Source: Cyanophora paradoxa CCMP329 (taxonomy: Eukaryota; Plantae; Glaucophyta). From it: a stretch of DNA of 64,000 nt. Shown one piece after another: positions 11,260-23,589 of the stretch. The first letter of the stretch is position 1. Each line of letters begins with the position of its first letter. The notes beneath the pieces are model-generated. The model made no database searches, was not told the origin of the DNA, and saw only the letters and a program-made list of their open reading frames with translations. Made by a program: the position numbers and the translations under genes. The stretch is from assembly GCA_004431415.1 (NCBI GenBank), contig QPMI01000416.1, positions 496,001 through 560,000 on the forward strand. The letters are read 5' to 3'.

Positions 11260-14085
11260 ATGACGTCGACCGACGAACCGGCCGCAGCAGTTAGCGGCAG
11301 CTCAGGCGACGACGCCGACCCCTTTGCTTGGCACACGCCGCTGACGAAGCTGCCGCCGATCGTGCATCCCGTCGTCGATGAGGCGACGCTGCCGGGCTGG
11401 CCCCAGCCCGTCGTGTTCGTTGACTTCCGGGAGGCTGCGGCCGGCCCCTCGACTTTCCGCCTCATCACTGAGTCAGCGAAGCGGTCGCGGCGATCGGAGG
11501 CGCGGGCACCGTCGTCGTCCGTCCGGGTGCGCTGCCGCTGTACACCACGCATATGCATATGCATATATTTGGCCATGCATATGGCCATGCATATGGCCAC
11601 GATCATACGCATGATCATGAGCCAGCTGCAGCGCTAGCCCGGCGCCGGCGGCCGCATATGCATATGTAAGCGCAGCTGTATGCGGCGCGCGCCCGCGCCG
11701 GCGGCTCGCCCCCGCGCGCCCCCGCCGCCGGGCCGCAGTCGCTGATAGCAGCACAGCTTATATAATTATAGCTAGCGGTCGCTGATTACGCGTGTTCACG
11801 CGCAGGGAACTACGCCGAGGAGCGGCCGCTCCGCGTGCAGTGCACTGGGGACCTCGCCATCGTCGCGGACGGCTTCGGGGTGACGCTGCTGCCCAGCAAG
11901 AAAGCCGAGCCGCTGCAGGTCAGCATGCATGTGTGCCTGCTCTGCCAGCTGCAGGCTGCCGAGGCGACTGCTGCGCTTGTGATTACGCATATATACTGAT
12001 CAAGATCATGCGCAGACGCACGCGTACGCAAAAGTTCTTGACATAGAGCACGTGAACGTCAACTGCAGCGCCTCGAACCCCCATTCTCTGCTCATCCACG
12101 GCCTCGACGTCCGGGGCACGATCCAGCTCTCCCGGAGTCCGGCTGGTGCTGTACATGTGGCGGATCGATCGCCGTTCAGGAGTGCATCCTTTCGAAGTTT
12201 GCAATCCAGAAATGCTCCATCATTGACCTGGTTCTCGAGAACTGCATCATCGATTACGATCGCGACCGACCCACCTCACACCAAGGTTCGATTTTTAAAA
12301 TCGACGATTTGTACAGCTGAAAATAGTTTAGTTTCTCCACTCATTGGCTAAATTCCCCACTCATTCTATCGCTAATATCTACATCGATATCGTTTGTCCA
12401 ACCAGTTCTGAGTTTCGAGAACACGATGAGTCACAACTGCGGTTACTATGTTATTGAGCTTCTCGATTGTCTGGCGCTGCATCGTATTCGTTTCCACCAT
12501 TTGCAAATTAAGTGCCGGACAGCCCATGTTATTTGCATCCCTGCGAGCGCTGTTCTTGCTCAAGTGCATCAGATTCATTTGATTTGTCGGCTCAACATCT
12601 CATTGATTCTTTTCACAGTTCTTTCACATTCAATTTCTTTCACAATTGGTCTTCGTGAGCTTTGAAGGCGCCACAAAAGCACAGGTTGGATTCCACCCTG
12701 CGACACGCAAGCAAGCCATAAATAACTGCGATGCAGTTCTCAGATTGTTTTTTTCAGAATGGAGGTCTACGCGTTAATTCTCTAAAGCCCAAGTACGGAT
12801 GCTTCCAATATTTCCGACTGCAGTCTGTGTTTTTATCCCGATCCAACCAGGCCTAAGGAATCTATTTACTACGCTCATAGCGTCGACTCGCCTCCATCCG
12901 GATTCGGATTGCTTGAGGTTGTGCGTTGCTACTCGGGAGCGGAGATCATCACTGAATGTGACTGGAGGCGGCAAGGGCGCCCCTGTTCCCAAAAGAACCC
13001 TTGTATATGCGTTGAATTCCGCAAGAGATTGTACACGGAGGTTCGAATTCGCCATCGCCGGTCGCCATTCGCCAATCTTTGAATGTTCATTATCAGTGCA
13101 CTCGCGACCCCGATGCGCTCTGGAGGGCCCTTGACTCGGTGCCCGTCAGGGCCGGCCCCTTCAGCAGCCTCGAACCCGAGGAGCGGGCCGCCCTCGTGCG
13201 GCGCCAGGCCGAGCGCCGCGTCCGCGCCCCGGCCCCGCGCTCGGCGGTGAGCTCGCGATCGGCCCCGCCTTTAAATTTGTTTACCTTCAACTTGCGGCTT
13301 AAGATTTTATTATTATGATTGAGCTAAGCGTGCATTTGGCCGCAGGATTTGGCGTCCCTCGAGATCGCTCGCGACATCCGGGTGCGTTTATTTCAGGGCG
13401 GAGTCTGAAATAATATCGCAACCTTGCGGGCAGCTCGGACAAGGGCTGATGTTGATTGTTCGCTCAGACGTTACGTGAAAAGGTCGCGGAGCTCGTCGAA
13501 AGCCAGAGCGCGGTACGCACGCGTCCGCGTCCGACCGTTGACGTCGGCGGTCGGCCACGGACGTCGCTGAAGTCCGGTCGCGGGCCGGGCCGCTCACTAC
13601 CCCCCTCAGACGAATTCGAATTTGGGTCGGATTCTGGAGGCGACGGGCGCAAAGGCGGCCATGGAGGAGGAGAAGGTCTCCAAGCTGGCAGCAGAGAACG
13701 AAGTGCATTCTCCCTCCCCCCTCACGCGCCTTCTTACCCTCTTCCTCGAGCTCGCCTTCTGACCTGCGGCGCGTCGGTGCGATCGCAGGCGCTCCGGGCG
13801 TCTTTGCGGCGCCTGGAGAGTGCCCGCGCACAGTCGAATTCCAGCTCGATCTCTCAGGTAGAATCTCAACCGCTGAGTCTTATAATTAATAAGTCTTATA
13901 TTGAAGCTTAAGCCTAACCCGCGGGTGCCGCACGTGCAAAGCAGAATTCAGCGGACGCTGCGGCGGCGCGCCACGTGTACAAGCTTAAGGGGGTAGCAGA
14001 GACCGCCCGCCGCACCTCTCTGCTCTCGCTGCTCGCAGCGGCTGCCGCCTTAGCCGTAGTGCTGCGGTGCACGAGCGTCAGATAA
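11260..14085 (+). CDS. Hypothetical multi-exon protein with a coiled-coil-like C-terminal part and a hydrophobic C-terminal tail (possible tail anchor)
   Basis: Starts MTSTDEPAAAV. Exons are bounded by GT..AG (e.g. ECILSKFAIQKCSIIDLVLENCIIDYD; TLREKVAELVESQSA; AAMEEEKVSKLAAENE). Last exon ends SLLSLLAAAAALAVVLRCTSVR-TAA. No family recognised, and the middle exons are uncertain. Confidence 0.5.
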
Positions 14086-14664
14086 TACATTCAGTGATCG
14101 AGAGTTCGATTTAATTATGTGAGCCTCTCGATACCAATCGAGCGTATGCGCACGTTCAACGGTTGCCTACGGATGTATCGGGTGTGGGGCACGCTATCGC
14201 TGAAGGGTCACCGGATCCCGGAGGGGTTGCAGGTTAAATTTGCCCCGCCGTGGCACGCTCTCTGCACGTGCACTCTCTGCACGTGCCCGAAGGTATAGAT
14301 ATGGACCTCAATCGATGAGTGGGTTATGTACGTATCCATTTTCAAGACGTCGACACAAGTATTAGTATCGAATTCGAGTATTATATCGAGTTCGCACGCA
14401 AGCTAGCCTCTTAACTAACTAAGTCAAGTATTATTCGAGCCGATGGCGAAGGCGGGCTCATATGCACGCAATATGATCGTATCTGAGAACAACTACGTAT
14501 ACGAGATGTTGAAAAACGCTAATACGTCGACAGGTACGTATACCTGCGCATGCACTGCATATGAATTTAAAAAGAAAACCGAGCTCTATTTCTACGAAAC
14601 GAGCTCATGATCACGGATTGTGATCATGGGCCTAAGGCGAACGTTAACGTTAACGTTGCACAGA

Positions 14665-17600
14665 TTAGGCGCCGACGAGCTGCGGGGCGGCGCCCGTCTC
14701 GAGGTCCTCGATGAGGACGGCCGACGACGCCGGCGAGCTCGAAGCGGTGGAGGGCTTGGAAACGGCGGCCGCGGCCGCGGCGGCGGGGGCGACGCAGACG
14801 GTGCGCAGGTTCGAGCTCTCCGTCACGTGCACGCGCCGCCCCGCGCTCCGCCGCATGCGCACGACGACGAGGGCAGCCAGCGCGCTCACCACCATCGCTG
14901 CGCCAATTGCAAATACAAATGTCATGATCAGACAACGCCGTACTCGCATATGCATGGGCGGGGCGGGGCGCTGGGTCCCACCTCCGCCGACGGCGCCCAC
15001 GATGATGCCCACAAAACCCATCGAAGAGGACGAGTTCGAGTCGCCCGCGGCGGCGTTCGCGTTTGACGTGGCAGCCGCAACCGCGCCAGCAGAGGGGGCC
15101 GCCGCCGCGGATCCGGAGCTCGAGCTGGCAGAGGCGCCGGCGCCGGCGCCGCCGGTCGACGCCCCGGAGCTCGAGCATCCGGATCCGGAGGTCGACGCCG
15201 GGGACGCCGGGGCTGCGGATCCGCTGCTGGCAGCGGCCGCCTTCTTACCGGCGGCCGCCGAGTCGATCACGATGTCCTGGAGGGCGCGCCAGGTGACGTA
15301 GTCGCGGCCCTCGGCGGCCGCCGCCTGCAGCAGCTCCTTGGGCGCGCCGAGCGACAGGAGGGAGCGGAGGGCGGCGCGGCGCTGCTGGGGCGTGCCGGCA
15401 AGCTTCGCCGAGAACGTCATCGCAACCTGCGGCGTCGACGGCGCCGAGGTCAGAGAAATTTCTGACGCGAGCGCAAGGGAGGAGGATGGGCTGGACCTGG
15501 TAGCGGGCAGAGGAATACAGCCGCCTGTATCGGCGTTGATCAGTTACGAAATCACTTGATCTCAACACTATAGTGCGTATAAAAAGCAAATGCATCGCAC
15601 CGCTGGAGGACGAGGGTGACGAGGGTCTTCTGCTTGTCGGCCACATCGAAGTCCCAAAAGGCGGAGCCGAAGGACGCGTCGTTGCCCCCGAAGGCGGCGG
15701 GCGTGACGTCGGCGGGGGCGCCCTGAGGCATCAGCGCGAGGGGCTGGTGGGAGAGCTGCAGCGGGGCCGAGCTGACGTCCACGCCCGTCAGCTTCACCGA
15801 CAGCTGCGCAGGCAAACGGGACTCGTCATGATCGACCCGGCCGGCAGAATGCATATTTTAATTGAATATTATGATCGATATCCCAGCGCACCGCGGCGGA
15901 GTACAGAGAAGCCGAGACGGAGGCCGCGAGGTTGAACGAGATGACGTCGTTGGTGACGGTCCAGGACGCGCGCGGCGGCGACGTGACGACGACGGGCGTG
16001 TTGGCCACGATGGAGGTCAGGTTCCTCTGCGTCGTGCTGATGCGGGGCTCGCCGTTGAAGGTCACGATCGCCGTCTGGAGGACCTTGTCCACCACGATCG
16101 GGTGCACTGCGCGAAAGCCTCGTGATCAACACGACGTGCGCTCATTGAATGATTCTGGAATATCGATTTGAATCTTACCATCATAGCGGAGGTCGGTGCG
16201 GATGCCGTCGTCGCCCTGCACGTCAATGTTATAATTAATATTAATCATAACAGCGCGAGCACGTGGATCGGAATCAGAGTCCATTATTAACTAAATATCG
16301 GCAGCGTCAACGCACCACCTGGGTGAGGCGGACGTGCGCGTGGAGCTTGTACTCCGACTCCTTGAGGCCCGAGTTGGGGTCCGTGGCAAGCGTCGCGTAG
16401 CACGAGCCTGCCCGAGCGCGAGACGCCGCATCATGATCAGTTTTGCTATCGATGCTTTAATTTATATGCTTTGATGATGCTAGAAGCTTAAGTCGCGCGC
16501 CCGCAATCTTCCGAGAGCGCACCGAGGATCAGGTCGGACTCGAACAGATCCCACAGCTGGAAGACGCCCTTCATGGCATCCGTGAGCGTGAACTGCACGG
16601 GAGCGCGTGCACGTTAGGCACGAATCGAAATGGTGCGAAATTTAAGCGATCGCGAAATTAATGCATGTGGTAGCTGGGCGCGCTCGAACCTGCTTAAAGC
16701 ACTTGGATAGCCACTGGGCGTTCGCGGCGCTGTCCGCGATGGAGCCCGCCGCGTCGGCCAAGAGCCCGACTTCGACTTCGACGGGCAGGTGCCACGTCAT
16801 CGCCGGCACGTAGGCGCTGCCCGCCGCCGGCGTCGACCGCGAGACGCGGACGCGGAACGTGAGCGTGTTGTCGCTGCCCGGGACGGGCACGACTTCGGTG
16901 TCGACGTCCTCGGGCAGGAGTTTGGGAGAGGTCGCGTTGCCCGTGGCCTGGCACGTGATCGCCTGCATGTAGTCCACGCCCATCGTGTACATCGCCGGCT
17001 ACGCGAGAGGAATAAAGAGATAAGCAGGTGGCCGCATGGCTATGAAATTAAAGCGATATGACTGCACATGCGCACCATCAGGATCTTGTTAGCGACGGTA
17101 GTGACCGCGCCACGAGTGGCCGACTCGGCTGCTCGCGAATCGAAGCTGTAAGCGAATAGCGCGAAATATACATGAAGAGCATACACAGAAGCGATCACGC
17201 ACGGTTCAGGTCGACTTGGATGTCGCACTGACCCGCGAGCACGACGGTCAGGTCCGGCTCGGTGGCGCCCACGGAGGTGATGTTCGTGACGATGGAGGAG
17301 CCCGACTGCGGGTAGAGGCTGTTCAGGTCGATGGAGACCGCCGGCGCGACGAGGCCGGTGCCGTCGGCGGTCTTGTTGCCGTAGGGGCCGATCCAGAAGT
17401 ACGTGTTGTTCACGAGGAGGGTCCAGACTTGCTTGCCGGTGTGGGGCAGCGTGCGCAGGACGGGCGCGTTCGCGCGCCAGACTTCGCCGGCCCCGGCCTG
17501 AAGGTCGGTATCCACAGGCACCTTGTGGAAACGCGTGAGTGCTCGTTAACGACGATGGCGACTCGGCGAATGATTTAGTTATATGTACGTGTACATGTGC

Positions 17601-19942
17601 GAAGCAAGCGCACCACGATGCCGGAGCTCGTGAGGGCGTTCGAGAGGGAGGCGGGGCAGGCGACGAGGGTGGACTGGCCGGACTGGCTGCAGAGGCCTTC
17701 CGCGGTGCTGGTGAGGATGTCGAAGAGCCGGACAACAGTGCGAGGCGAGGTCGGAGCAGCTGCGAGGTAAAATGTAAAGGGATCGTAAGTGAATAGCTAT
17801 CTATAGTTTGAATATGGAAACACAAATTTAACTCAGACCTGCTGGGAGGGCGGCGGGGGCGCCGTAGCCCTGGCCCGCCCCGGCGCCGGCCACCGAAATC
17901 TTGAGAACCCTCTGCCCGCTTCCTTGTACCGCCATATCTTGGGCGGTGCCGACGAAGTACGCTCCGCAGGTGCCGTCCCAGAAAAGGGCGGCCTGAGCAT
18001 TGCTGATGTCCGAGCCTCCCATCGGCACGCTCGCGGAGAGCATCGAGAAGGGAACTGCGAAAACAATGAGGCCGAAATCAAGGAGGAGAAGCGGCTGTAG
18101 CTAGCGGTTAGATTGAAACTCATTATGTAATTACCAGAGGTGGGCACGCCGGTCGCGAAACCAGACAGATCGGCAGCCTCGAGCGTGATCGACCTCGAGA
18201 TTGGCATAGATGCTTTGTAGCCCCGGGCAACGAAGAGCGTGCTTCCGCAGATCCAAGCGCCTCCGCCGTAGCGAGGAGAGAGCGACCCCGTCGCAGAAAC
18301 CTGCCACGGCATATTATTATTCATATTATTCCGGCATTTTACGTATGCTCAGAAACTGGAGTCACCAGGACCCACTTGACGTTGGGGCGTGCAAGGGTCA
18401 CATCCGCATAGAACAGGGACGCAGAAATGCCGCCTGTCATGCTGTTCGTTACCTCTCCCTGGTCGTCGGGAAACAGTTCAGCTAATCGAAGTGTGGCACG
18501 GCGTCGCAGTACTATAGCTAGTGCATTAGCAATGCATCTGTATATATATGGGCTGCGCAGGCGCATGCATATGTATGCTTGCACACACCCCGAAGTAGAA
18601 CAACTTCCCATCTGCGCAATTGCGCATGCAATGTTTGCATCAGTGACATCGATATCCGATACCAAATCAAAATTCGAACGCGTCAACGCACTGAGGAGCG
18701 CAGCCTGGGCTTTGGCCGTGAGAAGGAAAGTAGACGATTCGGAGTGTTCATGAGGTATGAGGATGTCGAACGTGTTGGTGGACGGCGTGTACGATCTGCG
18801 CATACGTGCGCGCCAAAACAAACATGAACGGTGCACGGGTCAGTTTGAAGATTATGCGCGTAGACTCATATATACGCAAGAGAGCGCAGATGATATATAG
18901 GTGGCGCACACGAGTTGAGTAGTGCCTACATTCGATTGACTGGAGAAACTGGCGTCCCAAACGCGCCTGCCCCCGGCGACGAAGATCTACGCATGTCGAC
19001 GTCCACGCGTCACGATCGCAATCGATATATATCGGGGATTCGGAGGCGTCGAAATTGAATGCTATATATACATAAAGTATAGCGGTGAATTGAATGAATT
19101 TCGAACCTTGCGGGTGCCGTCGACGAAACCTTCGACGATGGCAGCCTGTTGCTGGGCCCGCTCTCTCACGGCGTTGATATCGGCGGTGCTCGAAGAGGAG
19201 GGGGGATTGAGATGCACGCATTGCGAAACCCCATCTGCGCGCGCAAAGGAGACAGTTTAATTTACGCGATTCAGCTATTTAGAGCTCCTGCGCACCCCAG
19301 AGCTCCCAGCGACTGTGCCATCCAAGTTGAGCTCCCATGTACGTATCAGGCACGCCGGAGAGTGGCAGGAGGTACTTGTAGTACTTCCCTTGATACGTGA
19401 AGCCGGGGAAGACGTGGGAGAAAGGACCCCCCTTGCACGAGCCGGTCATGGACGCTACATAAGTTGCGCTGGCGTCGCTCCAGGAAGAGTTGCCGAAGTG
19501 GAAGTCGCCCACGAAAGGGATCCCATGCGACACTGCGGGCGAAACGATGGCGAGGCGTCAGGTGCATGATATCTGTTGGCCATGCTTATATGGTGCTGGT
19601 TTGTATGCGTACGAGTACGAACGGAGGTGCCCTCGTGGATGAGAGCGCCGCCGAAGGGTTCAAGGGGGCTCCCGTTGGCGACGAACAGTACGTTGGGGTG
19701 AAATACTTCCATCGTGACGGAAGGCGCGGCCGACGCAAAGCCGAAGGTTGCGAACAGACCTGCGCAAATAAAAAGACGCGGTTCGAAGTCAGGTTTGACC
19801 GGGTCAGCGCTGGCGCGCGCGAGCGTCCGACGCCGCGATATGCCGCGGGCCGGGGCCCGCGCGTTCGAATTCGAAGCTTGCGCGCACCGACGGCGACGAA
19901 CAGCACCGCAGCAAGAGCCGCGACGTCGACACGAGTCCGCAT
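14665..19942 (-). CDS. Large type I membrane / cell-surface protein of unknown family
   Basis: Signal-peptide-like start MRTRVDVAALAAVLFVAVG. Many beta-rich exons with N-x-S/T sequons, then a Ser/Ala/Gly stalk, a TM segment (GFVGIIVGAVGG...AAMVVSALAALVVV) followed by RMRR, and a short tail ending PQLVGA-stop at 14665. Confidence 0.7.
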
Positions 19943-21924
19943 TTCCCCCGCAGATCGATATCCACGCGACAGCGACGGCACGGGCATCACGATTGATTTC
20001 GCGAGCACCTGCGCTGGGATCACGAGGACGGCCCCGGCCGCGGGCTCGTCAGATGCGTAATTGCATATAACTTCAAGCCTAGAGATCAAGAGAGGACGAC
20101 AGCTGCTAGGCCGGAGGGAGAGGCACCAGCTGCAGGGATTTTCGCAAAGTGGACGAACTTCCAAGTGCTTCGTCGAACCTACTGTGGCGGAATTTATAGC
20201 TGGACCAGCCTACAGCTGGCTGGACGTTGCAATTGGCTGCAGCTGCGCGCATGCAGGCTGCAGCTGCGCATGCAGTAGAACTAGCTATAGTACTTCTGGA
20301 GCCAACGAACACAAATATATTCGCGTATATATGCAGATTGCGGCCATGGCATGCACGCGCACTTCTACAAGTTCTACTAGCTCTAATGATATAGTAGTAC
20401 TAGGCCCCGAGGCTAGCCTAGTAGGTGCGAGTATAATATGTGCGCACTACGTATACGATCGCGATCGCGAGTATACCTAGTACTAGCTTTAGTATGCGCA
20501 TCGCGGCGTACGAGTGTTGGTATTGCGTGTTCAACGGTTGCGCTGATCATAAGCCTGCGCACGCATGCCGCATGCGCAGCTGCGCATCTGAGTCAGGACT
20601 CAGGAGTCAGGACTCAGGATCCGGAGTCATGATCAGGTTCAGCGGCCGTTCAGCGGTTCTATGATCATGATTCATGAATCGTCTATCATACTAGTAGTAT
20701 CCATGATCATGAGACGTATGTTTAAAACTATCTATAAGGTGCGTTGCCGTTCGAAATGGTATATTTTGAACTATATTCTCTGAGAATCTGGTTTTTTTTC
20801 GGCAAGTTCCGTGCCATCGCTTTTTTCCGGCAATTCGCAAGCTCCAGATTTAGCCTCCGAGTCGCCTCCGATCGTTTTTCGAAACGGTCAATTGCAAACT
20901 CGAACTCGCGAATTGAGGAACCGTTAAGCTCGACCCTGCTGACAGGCTGCTGTCACTGCCTGTCACTGGGCTGTCACAGGCTCACAGCCTGTCAGGCGCC
21001 GGCGCCGCCGGCTGATGAGTGTTCAGTGCACGTGTTCACTTTTCGAGCACCTCGAAATTGGCTCGAATCGCGAACACAGTCGGAACACTGCGAAGCCTTG
21101 AAGGCTAAAGTTGAAGCCTAAATCCATCATTTAGTACTAGTCTCTCGTGTAGGCTCATATGCATGTAGGCTGATGATGTAGCTAGCTGTACCGGGTAGTA
21201 GCCAGTCTATGGCCCGGCGGCCAGTGCTTGGCCAGTTCAGGGCCTTCAGGCTTCAGGCCCAGTTGGCGCCGAACTTGGCGGCGACTTGCAATTTGCAAAT
21301 TGCAATTGGCGCCGCTTGGCGGGTTCGACGGACCGACGAGTCCGACGGTCGGCGACGACGGTTCGCCCGCCGCCCGCGGCCGCTTCGCCCCCGAATCGCC
21401 GGTTCAACGGTAACGGTTCGCCGCGCACCAGGACACCTGCATATACCTGCATATATAGTCATTTTCGAACCTTGTTTTTATGCGAGTGGCTTTTGTCAGC
21501 TTTTTCCGTCACGCCGCGGGGTCACGGCGTCCGCGTCACATGTGTCATCACATGAAAAAAAGTCTCCACAGACTCTGAGACCACAGTCTACCAGATCTAG
21601 ACTACTGAGTCGTACTGACTCAAGTGAGACCACAGTCTGGTCCACAGACTACCAGTACTAGTACAGTACAGTGTACTTAGTAGCTCTTAGTAGCCATAGA
21701 CTACAGTACCGTGTACTTAAACATCGACGCGGATTCGTCAATGTTACGGGTATCTGTTACCGTACTACGTATACAGTACCAAGGGGCTGTGAAAAGCTAC
21801 GGTACTTAAACTTAGAGCCCAAACCGCTCCGGAGTCCGGATTCGGAATCCGGAAGTGGTTCTCAGTCTGAATCTCAGAGTCTAGATCTAGATCTTAAGCC
21901 TAGTAAGGCGGACTGTGCCGCAGT

Positions 21925-22560
21925 CACGTGCACCGCGCGCGTGCGCGCGTGCGGTTCACGCGGTTCACGGACTCCCGGAGTCCGGGATCCGGAGAGCGGG
22001 GTTCGCGATCGACGATCGCGAGTCCCCGACAGGGCCCGACTCCTCCGAGGCTCGTCCGGCCGCGGCCGCGGCCCGGGCGGCCGTCGCCGGCCCCTCCCTC
22101 CAGATCGCATGCGCAGAGCCTCGCACTGCCGCAATGCCTCGCAGGCCGGCTGTTGCAAGTTGCAACTTGGCAAATTGCGCCCCGGCCGCAGCTTAATTAA
22201 GCTTGCAGGCTGAAGTTGCATGCGCAGCCGCATACCGGGCGCAGATCCGATGCCATGATGATCTGAAGCTCGCAATTGCAACAAGCTTCAGCGTGCAACA
22301 ACCACGAAGCTTACCGCCAGCGGCTATTAATTAATATATTCGGAAGGGGATCCGGATTCCGGAGGCAGACGCGTCGGCCGCGAGTTTCGCGGCGCGGGAT
22401 TCGAACCTTCGTTCGCGTGCTGGAGAGCCTGGCCATGGCCCGCGGCCGTCCGCGCGGATGGAGAAGCTGACAGAGCGCGCAGCCCCGCGCGACTTCGCCT
22501 CGCGATCCGGATCCTCGATGTTGATGAAGGTACGCGCTCCTCCTGGCCGGCCGCTCGCCG
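21925..22560 (+). pseudogene. Degenerate copy of the last exon of the 36803-42714 gene (parent ~42235-42680)
   Basis: Shares blocks with the parent, e.g. cacgtgcaccgcg, atcgacgatcgcgagtcccc, gacgcgtcggccgcgagtttcgcggcg, cgcgtgctggagagcctgg and ccgtccgcgcggatggagaagctgac. Interrupted by frameshifting palindromic insertions. Confidence 0.75.
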
Positions 22561-23259
22561 GTGCCCGATCCCCGCCGGCGCCGAGGCCCGCGGCCGCTCG
22601 CCTTATTAAGTCACTGACTCGCGGCCCCAGATCTCGCAAGCTTGGCGGGCCTGGCGCGGTGCGGGCCACTAGTACTGGCGGTGCAAGCTCAGCAACACTG
22701 GCGGCGCAAGCTTCGATGTGGATGCGCATTGCAATTGGCGACCGCCGCCCTCCAGCGTTCCCTCCCTCCCCCCTCTCTGCGCATGCATGTGTGTACGCAA
22801 TGCTGTCTAATGCAAGCGATCTGATTGCTACATGTATGGCGGGATCCGGAGCGGGGGCGGGCGGGGGCGGGCGGGGGCGGTAGGGGAGCGGGGCCCGCGG
22901 CCGGCAGCCCCCGACCTAATCATGAATTGCAATCTAACTGAAGACCTAATTGCAACAAGATCGCAATTTGGTCCTTATGCCCATTTCATTGTCGGAATCA
23001 AGCGTGGGCCCCGGGGCGGATCAAATATATTAGGTCTCATGATCAGTTCAGTCGTAATTTGATCTCGAGGGCCTCCGTCCAGTCGCCCGAGGAGTCAGTT
23101 CGGGCTCGCTCGAGGCCTTCAGTGCACCAGCCTCCAGGGCTAGACCAATTGCAAAAGCTAAACCAGTTCACGTTCTCGAGGCCAAGTCAAGTCAAATCAT
23201 TATATAATTAACGTAGTTAGACAAGCCCTTGAAGGCTCTTAGACAAACTTTTTTAAGCC

Positions 23260-23580
23260 ATGGTCAAGGTTCGGTTAGTTAGACAAGGTTCGCTCTAGAT
23301 CTAGATCTCTACGAGCCAGCTATAAGCCAGCTATATATATAGATGGAGCCGCGGGCCGGGGGGCGCCCGCTTCCTACATGTCGTCCGGCGGCGGCCGCTC
23401 GTCGGCCTGGGCAGCCCGTGAGCGCGCACGCCCCACCTCCTCCTCAGACAGCGCGCCCCGCCCCGCCTGCAAAGAGGCGCCGGGCCAGGAATCTCCTCTC
23501 CTCTAGATCTTCAGGAAGGTTCAAAACTAAAGGGCAGGCGAAACGCGACGAACGAAATCGTGGCGGTACCCTCGGAGAGT
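23260..23580 (-). pseudogene. Degenerate, internally deleted copy of the 3' end of the 44826-48310 membrane-protein gene (parent ~44755-45150)
   Basis: Matches aaggttcggttag, ggcggccgctcgtcggcctg, cgccccacctcctcctc, gacagcgcgccccgccccgcctgcaaag and caggcgaaacgcg..aacgaaa. About 130 bp of the parent is deleted. Confidence 0.75.
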
Positions 23581-23589
23581 GTCGACGTC

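Noticed and set aside
12372-13055. Minus-strand ORFs in the low-GC island as a nested or viral gene
   Set aside because: They are short with no recognisable motifs, and the region parses better as + strand exons.
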